Of a stretch of 64,000 nucleotides of DNA, positions 57,550 through 64,000 are shown piece after piece. The DNA is from an uncultured bacterium (lineage in GTDB: Bacteria; Chloroflexota; UBA5177; JANWHV01): assembly GCA_963827235.1 (NCBI GenBank), contig CAWHAE010000018.1, positions 384,001-448,000 of the forward strand, written 5' to 3'. How positions within the stretch are numbered: the stretch's first letter is position 1; each line of letters starts with the position of its first letter. A program made the translations under genes and the position numbers. The notes under the pieces were generated by a model that searched no databases, was not told the origin of the DNA, and saw only the letters and a list, made by a program, of their open reading frames with translations.

Positions 57550-57855
57550 TCAGTTGTGATTGCGGTCGAGGCTCACCTGCAGGAGCGCCGGCTCGGTCTC
57601 GAGGCGGCCTGCAATGTTGCGCACGGCGCGGGTCGCGATGACGGTGAATTGCAGATGCATGCGCAGCTCCTCCGCGATCGCTCGGCAGTTGCTCTCGATA
57701 CGTTCGGCCGTGTCATCCTCGGCGATCTCGATCTCGAGATAGGAGTTGACACGCTCCTGAAGCTCCTGGAGAGCGATGTGGATGCTCGCCGCTTCGATGG
57801 GGTCGATCTCACGGCCGGCGTAGAGGTGCCGGATGTGCTCTTCGTGTCTGCTCAC
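57550..57855 (-). CDS. hypothetical protein (101 aa)
   Basis: GAAGGAGG RBS before GTG 57855; charged helical composition (MSRHEEHIRHLYAGREIDPIEAA...). Confidence 0.7.
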   Translation of the reverse strand: MSRHEEHIRHLYAGREIDPIEAASIHIALQELQERVNSYLEIEIAEDDTAERIESNCRAIAEELRMHLQFTVIATRAVRNIAGRLETEPALLQVSLDRNHN

Positions 57856-58289
57856 CGCGGGTCCTCCTTCGACCCAGACCCGGCCAGCCGCGCGGGCGGC
57901 ATACCATGAAAGTACCGGCCTTCTCGGTTGATGGCAATGAGATGCTCGTGCCACTGGCCGGCAGCGGCACGTCGCTTCCCAGCCGCTGAGGGGGTGAAAG
58001 GGTCCGGAAGCGCTTTCCGAAGCACTGCGCAGCGGCTGGCTCGCTTTACGCAGTTTTTTCGGGCGTGCTACACTGATGCCACCGGCGCATGAATGGGAGA
58101 TGACTGCCTCCGAACTGACCGGTTCGTGTGCCTTCGATGCCCCACCTGACAGCGGATCGGTAGTCCCTGGGTCATGGGCTTATCAGCGGCGGATAAAGCG
58201 GACGAGCGGAACGGCGGCCGGCAGCAGACGGCGGCCGGGGACCGGCAGTACCTGCGCCTTGCGCCGGAACGCCGGCAAGGTAACGTATA

Positions 58290-59348
58290 ATGAGGTCCCG
58301 GTTCTCGATTAGGCTGCTCGGCGGTGTGATCCTGGGCTCGATTGCCTGGGTATTCGTCGACGCGCTCCCGCACCGCGCGGACAACGTCGACGTGATCGTG
58401 GGTGCCGTCGTCTTCCTCGCTGGACTGCTCGCAGCGCCGATCGTGTTCGAGCCCCTATACACGCGCTTCAATCGATACTTGAGCGACGCACCCATCGAGG
58501 ATCTGCTTACCGGCCTCCTGGGACTCGGCCTGGGCCTGGTCATCTCGGCTGTCGTGGCCTTCCCGCTTTCGCGTCTGCAATACCCTGCCGGCACGTGGCT
58601 TCCCCTTCTCGCCCTTGTCGCCATAACGGCCCTGTCCACCCAGGTGGTCTATGACCGCCGCGTCGATATCCGCACCGCCGTCGCACAGCGGCCTCGTCCC
58701 GCCGCCCAGGCCGGAAAAGATGCCCCGGCCCCGCCGCAGCGCCAGCGCGTGCTGCTGGATACGAGCGCGATCATCGACGGCCGCATCGCCGATATCAGCA
58801 CGACCGGCTTCATCTCAGGCGAGTTGGTCGTGCCCCGCTTCATCCTGGATGAGCTGCAGCGAATCGCCGACTCGCCCGACGTTCTCCGCCGGAACCGGGG
58901 GCGGCGTGGTCTGGACATGCTCAACCGCATGAGCAAGGATTCCGAGACGCCGGTCAGTGTGCTCGACGTCGACGCCAAGGACGTACCGGAAGTCGACGGC
59001 AAGCTCGTGCAGGTGGCCAAGCGACTCACGGCACCGATCATTACCAACGACTTCAACCTCAATCGGGTCGCCGAGCTGCAAGGCGTGACTGTCCTCAACA
59101 TCAATCAGCTCGCCAACGCCGTGAAGCCGGTGGTCCTTCCCGGCGAGGAGATGGCAGTGCACATCATTCAGCAGGGCAAGGAAGTCAATCAGGGCGTCGG
59201 CTACCTGGACGACGGCACGATGATCGTGGTCGAGGACGGCCACCGCTATCTCAACCGCGACGTCGAGATCGTCGTCACCCGTGTGCTGCAAACCGTCGCC
59301 GGCAGGATGATCTTTGCCCATCCAAAAGCCTTCGGGAACGGTCGCTAG
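58290..59348 (+). CDS. PIN/TRAM-domain membrane protein (YacL family)
   Basis: LLDTSAIIDGRI, RNRGRRGLD, ITNDFNLNRVA, QGVGYLDDGTMIVVE, VLQTVAGRMIFA. Confidence 0.95.
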   Translation: MRSRFSIRLLGGVILGSIAWVFVDALPHRADNVDVIVGAVVFLAGLLAAPIVFEPLYTRFNRYLSDAPIEDLLTGLLGLGLGLVISAVVAFPLSRLQYPAGTWLPLLALVAITALSTQVVYDRRVDIRTAVAQRPRPAAQAGKDAPAPPQRQRVLLDTSAIIDGRIADISTTGFISGELVVPRFILDELQRIADSPDVLRRNRGRRGLDMLNRMSKDSETPVSVLDVDAKDVPEVDGKLVQVAKRLTAPIITNDFNLNRVAELQGVTVLNINQLANAVKPVVLPGEEMAVHIIQQGKEVNQGVGYLDDGTMIVVEDGHRYLNRDVEIVVTRVLQTVAGRMIFAHPKAFGNGR

Positions 59349-60052
59349 TGGCGTCTACGGCCGTCGGCGCGATCATCGTCGCGGCGGGATCCAGCCGGCG
59401 CATGGCCGGTGCGGATAAGCTCTGGCTGGATCTTGGCGGCGCCCCTCTCCTGGCCCGTACGATCGCTGCGATCGTGGAGGGCTGCCAGGACCTCGAGCAG
59501 CTCGTGGTAGTGGCCGGCCAGGACACCATCGATCGCGCTGCCGTGCTCCGTGACTCAACGCCCTGGTGCCGCGTCGACCGCTGGGTCACCGGCGGCGAGA
59601 CCCGGCAGGACTCCGTCTACCACGGGCTGCAGGCGCTGAATCCCTGCCGGATCGTGCTCGTGCACGATGGCGCCCGCCCTCTGATCGGCGCCGGTATGAT
59701 CGCCCGGGGGCTGGCGGTGGCCCGCGTGCACGGCTCTGCCCTGGCTACCGTGCCGGTGACTGACACGATCAAGGTCGTGAATGCGAGCGGGCGAGTGATC
59801 GCCACGCCAAAGCGATCGGAGCTGCAGGCCGCGCAGACTCCCCAGATCTTCGCCTGGGAACCGCTTGTCGACGCCTACGAGCGCGCTGGAGCGGCTCGCG
59901 CTACCTGCACGGACGACGCGGAGATCTTCGAGATGGCCGGCTACCCCGTCTACACCTACCTCGGCGAGCGCGTCAACGTGAAGGTGACCACGCCCGACGA
60001 TATCGCCGTCGTCCGTGCCCTCTGGCACGCCCATCGCGAGGTAGCGGTGTGA
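59348..60052 (+). CDS. ispD: 2-C-methyl-D-erythritol 4-phosphate cytidylyltransferase
   Basis: AAGSSRRM...K, GGETRQDSV, VLVHDGARP, AQTPQIF, TDDA, KVTTPDD. Confidence 0.96.
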   Translation: MASTAVGAIIVAAGSSRRMAGADKLWLDLGGAPLLARTIAAIVEGCQDLEQLVVVAGQDTIDRAAVLRDSTPWCRVDRWVTGGETRQDSVYHGLQALNPCRIVLVHDGARPLIGAGMIARGLAVARVHGSALATVPVTDTIKVVNASGRVIATPKRSELQAAQTPQIFAWEPLVDAYERAGAARATCTDDAEIFEMAGYPVYTYLGERVNVKVTTPDDIAVVRALWHAHREVAV

Positions 60053-60549
60053 GCGATCTGCCGGCATTCCGCGTGGGCCTGGGATACGACGTGCACCCCT
60101 TCGCGGAGAACCGGCCTCTCGTGCTCGGAGGCGTGGAGTTCGCGCACCATCGTGGCCTGTTCGGTCACTCGGATGCCGACGTGCTGCTCCATGCTATTGC
60201 CGACGCTTTGCTGGGCGCGGCAAGTCTGGGAGACATAGGACAGCACTTCCCACCCAGCGATCCGCAGTTCGAGGGCATCTCCAGCACGCTCCTGCTGGCT
60301 CACGTCGCCGGTATGCTGAAGGCCAAAGGCTGGATCGCGGTCAACGTAGACAGCACGCTGATCGCCGAGCGACCCAAGATAGCTCCCGAAGCCGACGCCA
60401 TGCGCGCCAATATCGCCGCCACGCTCGGCATCGGCGTGGATCAGGTCGGCGTCAAGGCCACGACCAACGAGGGCCTGGGATTTCTGGGCCGCGAGGAAGG
60501 AATAGCCGCCATGGCCGTCGCGCTGATTGGTCGGGCAGGCTCCGACTGA
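60049..60549 (+). CDS. ispF: 2-C-methyl-D-erythritol 2,4-cyclodiphosphate synthase
   Basis: RVGLGYDVH, GHSDADVLLHA, LGDIGQHFP, VKATTNEGLGFLGREEG. Confidence 0.98.
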   Translation: MSDLPAFRVGLGYDVHPFAENRPLVLGGVEFAHHRGLFGHSDADVLLHAIADALLGAASLGDIGQHFPPSDPQFEGISSTLLLAHVAGMLKAKGWIAVNVDSTLIAERPKIAPEADAMRANIAATLGIGVDQVGVKATTNEGLGFLGREEGIAAMAVALIGRAGSD

Positions 60550-60555
60550 TGCGGC

Positions 60556-61815
60556 ATGGCTGAAGCCGCGCCATCGCCTGGTCAAGCGGTACGCCTGTCG
60601 CCCGGCTCGCCCACGGCAGACGGGCGCCTCGCTCCGCTACTTCCGGCGGCGGGAATCGGGGCGACTGCAGGCGTCGCCGCACTTCCACGGCAGCAGGCGA
60701 CGGAGCCCGCCGCGCCTTCCGAGCCCGGGGATGCCGGCCAGCAGGATCAGGTAGGCGCGGCGGCACACGCGTGTGGCGTCTCCCGGCCCGGCACAACGGC
60801 CATGATGACAGCCGAGCCGGACTGTGCGTCGCAGGCACCGGACGGGAAGCGAGACGCTCGTTCGGCGACCGTGCCTGGAAGCGGCGGCCAATCCCGGCCG
60901 GCACCGCTGATGCTGGCCCTCGGTTTCGCGCTGTTGTGCGCCATCTGGGGCGAGTTTCCGGTAGCCACGAAGGTCGGCATCACCAACCAGCCTCCCATGC
61001 TGGTCGCCGGTCTCCGCTTCACGCTGGCCAGTCTGCTGATGGCCGCGTTCCTTGGCGCGCGCGGCACCCGCTTCTGGCTGAGCCGCAGAGATCTGCCGGT
61101 CGTGACCTTCACCTCTTTGACCATTATCGGCATTCCCGCTGCCGTCTTCTTCTGGGGCGCCCAGTACGCGCAGGTGAGCGTGCTCAACCTGGTATGGAGC
61201 GTGCAGCCGCTGTTTCTGAGCCTGCTGAACATCGGCAATGAGTCGGAGAGCCAGAGCCGGCTGACCGCGGTGGGCATGGCAGCCGGCTTCGCGGGTGTCA
61301 CCCTGGTCATCGTGGGCGGGAGCGGCGTGCAGATGACCGCGATGGCGCTGGTAGCGAACCTCGCCGTGGTGGCCAGCGCCTTCACCTACTCGCTCGGTTT
61401 CCTTCAGGTGCGCGACCGCGCGGCAACCGGCGATCTGTTCGTGCTCACGGCCTGGCAGCTACTCTTCGCCGGTCTGCTCAACATCGGGCTGAGCCTGGTC
61501 TTCGAGCATCGGCTACCGACCGGGCCGGCGCCGGACGCCGTCTTCGCCTTCGCCTTCCTGGTGGTCGGCTGTAGCTGCGTGGCCTACTGGCTCACCAACT
61601 GGCTGGTGCGCCACATGGGCACCGTGCGCACGGGCTACAACGCGTTGCTGACGCCGGCGATCACCGTGTTGCTCGCCGCTCCGCAGCTCGGCGAGCCCCT
61701 CACCGCCAAGAAGCTGATTGGGTTGGTCCTGGTGGTAGCGGGCTTGCTGCTGATCATGCCGCGGGCACATAGGTCCGTGGCCGGAGAAGCCAGAGCGGTC
61801 GGCAGCCCTTCCTGA
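60556..61815 (+). CDS. EamA/DMT-family transporter
   Basis: Ten TM segments from about 60907 (LCAIWG...PPMLVAGLRF...LGEPLT); the low-complexity N-terminus suggests the true start may be downstream. Confidence 0.85.
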   Translation: MAEAAPSPGQAVRLSPGSPTADGRLAPLLPAAGIGATAGVAALPRQQATEPAAPSEPGDAGQQDQVGAAAHACGVSRPGTTAMMTAEPDCASQAPDGKRDARSATVPGSGGQSRPAPLMLALGFALLCAIWGEFPVATKVGITNQPPMLVAGLRFTLASLLMAAFLGARGTRFWLSRRDLPVVTFTSLTIIGIPAAVFFWGAQYAQVSVLNLVWSVQPLFLSLLNIGNESESQSRLTAVGMAAGFAGVTLVIVGGSGVQMTAMALVANLAVVASAFTYSLGFLQVRDRAATGDLFVLTAWQLLFAGLLNIGLSLVFEHRLPTGPAPDAVFAFAFLVVGCSCVAYWLTNWLVRHMGTVRTGYNALLTPAITVLLAAPQLGEPLTAKKLIGLVLVVAGLLLIMPRAHRSVAGEARAVGSPS

Positions 61816-62012
61816 CGAGCCGTCTCGCCGGATCGCGCGCCACGGTGGGTTGGCATGCCCGTCGCGGCACTGGGGTCGCGCCGGCAACCGAGCTATCCGG
61901 CCGCCGCGAGAAGCTGCTTTGCTCGTGAGGCACCGGCCGGGTAGCCGAGCGTCGAGCCGGATGTTGTCACATGCCGGGGCTCGCACGGAGGTTGTCGGCC
62001 GCGATGTCGCCC

Positions 62013-63014
62013 CTACACTGAAGCGCGCTCGACCAGCGGGCACTGAATGAGCTCCTGGACCGGCGGCTCGACGGCATCGCGCGTTTCGTGCTCGACCAGG
62101 TACCTTACAGCCCATTGCCCCATCTGGTAGTGCGGTAAGTCCGACGTTGAGAGCGGCGGGCGCAAGTACGGCGCGATCACGTCCTCGTTGTCGAATCCGC
62201 GCACCGCAACGTCCCCTGGGATTGTCAGACCGAGCTCCTTGAGGGCGTCGTAGGCGCCCATGGCAGTACGGTCGGTGCCGCAGAAGATGGCCGTGGGCGG
62301 GTTCTGCAACTGCATCAGTGCCAGAGTATGGCGATAGCCGCTGTCGGCCATCGTGTTACCGGGCCGGACCAGCTCGGGATCGAACGGGATGCCGTGCTCC
62401 TCGAGAGCCTGCCTATAGCCCTTGAGCCGGCCGACGGCGGCAGGGATGACATGGCCGGCGTTGATGAGGGCAACTCGGCGGTGGCCCTTACGCAACAGCG
62501 TCTCGGTTGCCTCGTGCCCGCCGGCCACCTCGTCCGGCACGATCGACGGCAAGAGCCGATCCTCGCTAAAGCAATTGACCAGCACGGCCGGCGCGTCGCC
62601 GATCGTGTGCGGCAGCCGCACCCTCTTGTGGTACATCGCCGCGTAGATGATGCCTTCCACGCGGCGCTCGAGCAGTGCTTCCAGGGCCTGCGCTGTCAGG
62701 CTGGCGTTCTTGCCCGCGCTGACGATCAGCAGCAGCTTGCCGTGCAGTGCGGCCTCATACTGCGCGCCCTTGATGATATTGCCCGCATAGGGTGTCGTGG
62801 CAACGGTGTCGGTGACAAAACCGATCGTCTGCGACCGCCCCAGGCGCAGACCCTTAGCGGTGATGTCGGGCCGGTAGCCCAGCTCCTCGATGAGCGCGCG
62901 CACCCGCGCGCGCGTTTCCGGTGCCACGCGCGCGTGGCGCTCATTGATCACGTTGGACACGGTCTTGACGGAAACTCCGGCGCGTTCGGCGATGTCCTTG
63001 AGTCGCACGTCCAT
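62013..63014 (-). CDS. LacI-family transcriptional regulator
   Basis: LKDIAERAGVSVKTVSNVIN, LGYRP, GHRRVALI, IPGDVAVRGFDN. Confidence 0.96.
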   Translation of the reverse strand: MDVRLKDIAERAGVSVKTVSNVINERHARVAPETRARVRALIEELGYRPDITAKGLRLGRSQTIGFVTDTVATTPYAGNIIKGAQYEAALHGKLLLIVSAGKNASLTAQALEALLERRVEGIIYAAMYHKRVRLPHTIGDAPAVLVNCFSEDRLLPSIVPDEVAGGHEATETLLRKGHRRVALINAGHVIPAAVGRLKGYRQALEEHGIPFDPELVRPGNTMADSGYRHTLALMQLQNPPTAIFCGTDRTAMGAYDALKELGLTIPGDVAVRGFDNEDVIAPYLRPPLSTSDLPHYQMGQWAVRYLVEHETRDAVEPPVQELIQCPLVERASV

Positions 63015-63248
63015 ACTGGCACAATCCTCTTGCAGAATCTTTGCCCGGCGCCGTCGCCTGAGCGGCTATTCCCGCCTCGCTACTCGATGCTCGCCATTGC
63101 CGCGTCGTTTCGCGTCCGACTCCGAACGCGAACCCGGCCCCGTGACTTGGCAACAGGCTGTTCCGGAAGCAACTATAGCGCTCCGGATGGGTCCGCGGTG
63201 GAGCAGACCGGTGGCTCCCCCCGGTGCCGGGCCGTTGTCACTTCGCTG

Positions 63249-63311
63249 TTGACAAGCACCACATGGCAGTATACACTAAGTCCATCGATGGACCTAGATT
63301 CATCGATGGAC
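63249..63311 (+). promoter_or_regulatory. sigma70 promoter with tandem LacI-type operators
   Basis: TTGACA-17-TACACT (63249-63277), perfect palindrome GTCCATCGATGGAC (63280-63293) and near-copy ATTCATCGATGGAC (63298-63311). Confidence 0.8.
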
Positions 63312-63519
63312 CTCATAGACGGCATTCCCCGGTTGCCGTGCCTCCGATGCGAGGCGAAGGAGGTGATGCCCGCGGGTCAGCATGGAGCAGTGCGGCTCGA
63401 CGATTGCACCTGCCTGGTACTGGCATGTCTCCGCTACGCGGCGTCTACAGCCTGATCGCGACGGGCAGCGTTGCCGCAAGGAATACGTTGGATAGTATTT
63501 CGGTCGAGGTGAACGGAAG

Positions 63520-64000
63520 ATGGGCAACGAGACACAGGACGAATGCACGCGACGCAGCTTTCTGTTTAAGACCGGTATCGGTGTCGCAGGGGCGGTAGCC
63601 GCCTCTACGGTAGCAGCCGACATTACACGCGCAGCCACACGGCCCCGTGCCGTGGCGCACAGTTCACCGGCCACCATCACTGTCGTCGGGCAGTTGGATG
63701 CCAACACCAAGCTGTTGACCAGCATGTTCGAGAAACAGCATCCGGACATCAAGCTGAACTACGTCAATGTGCAGGCGCCCGACTGGGACCAGCTCTTTAT
63801 CAAGATCCTCACCATGGTGGCGGCCGGCTCGGCGCCCGACGTCATCACCGTCGCCACCGAAGGCGTGCAGGAGTTTGCTGCCAAGGGCTTGGGCATTCCT
63901 CTCGACGACTACGTCAAACGCGATAAGGCTGAAATGGCCGAGTTCTTCGCGGACGTGCATCCCACCCTCGTGGAAGCCATGATGTATAAGGGCAGCCTCT
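63520..64000 (+). CDS. ABC sugar-binding protein with Tat signal (partial, runs off window)
   Basis: Manual translation MGNETQDECTRRSFLFKTGIG...FEKQHPDIKLNYV...MVAAGSAPDV...PLDDYV; divergent from the LacI gene. Confidence 0.9.
   Translation, partial: MGNETQDECTRRSFLFKTGIGVAGAVAASTVAADITRAATRPRAVAHSSPATITVVGQLDANTKLLTSMFEKQHPDIKLNYVNVQAPDWDQLFIKILTMVAAGSAPDVITVATEGVQEFAAKGLGIPLDDYVKRDKAEMAEFFADVHPTLVEAMMYKGSL

Noticed and set aside
312-63455. Many long overlapping or antisense ORFs in the ORF track (e.g. 312-1763, 1628-3007, 5240-6787, 33326-34657, 42939-44267, 62328-63455)
   Set aside because: They are shadow ORFs expected in high-GC DNA: Arg/Ala/Pro/His-rich, without motifs, and overlapping well-supported genes.

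Overview
High-GC bacterial chromosomal DNA. It is probably from a monoderm lineage, Chloroflexota-like by inference from the yacL-ispD-ispF order, a GAAC-N4-GTTC-type SOS box and the secreted-protein families. I found no rRNA, tRNA, CRISPR array, transposase or integrase. In order, the window holds: two ABC systems; a Mg2+-homeostasis locus; a DUF4118 kinase/OmpR-family regulator pair; an envelope-modification cluster (PIG-V-like GT-C with an in-frame TAG, an (alpha/alpha)6 glycosidase, an MprF/DUF2156 protein); an XRE-ATPase-TPR regulator; secreted proteins; an S53 peptidase; a LysM glycoside hydrolase; a decayed kdp module bracketed by a split 158-bp direct repeat; TetR/MFS; pyrB; an L,D-transpeptidase/CapA/GLUG cluster; a DUF815 ATPase; an M32 carboxypeptidase; a Ser/Thr kinase; an inositol monophosphatase; MMPL/TetR; an MFS transporter; yacL-ispD-ispF; EamA; LacI; and the start of a Tat sugar-binding protein. 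The best candidate for an undescribed system is the minus-strand leader at 6905-7896. It runs promoter, M-box (ykoK) riboswitch, unannotated 29-aa leader ORF (whose 3' end can form an antiterminator against an intrinsic terminator), 79-aa ORF, second short ORF with a shared GSPR motif, then an NRMT-type NRAMP. This looks like a riboswitch wired through translation-coupled attenuation. All calls were made by eye and no searches were run.
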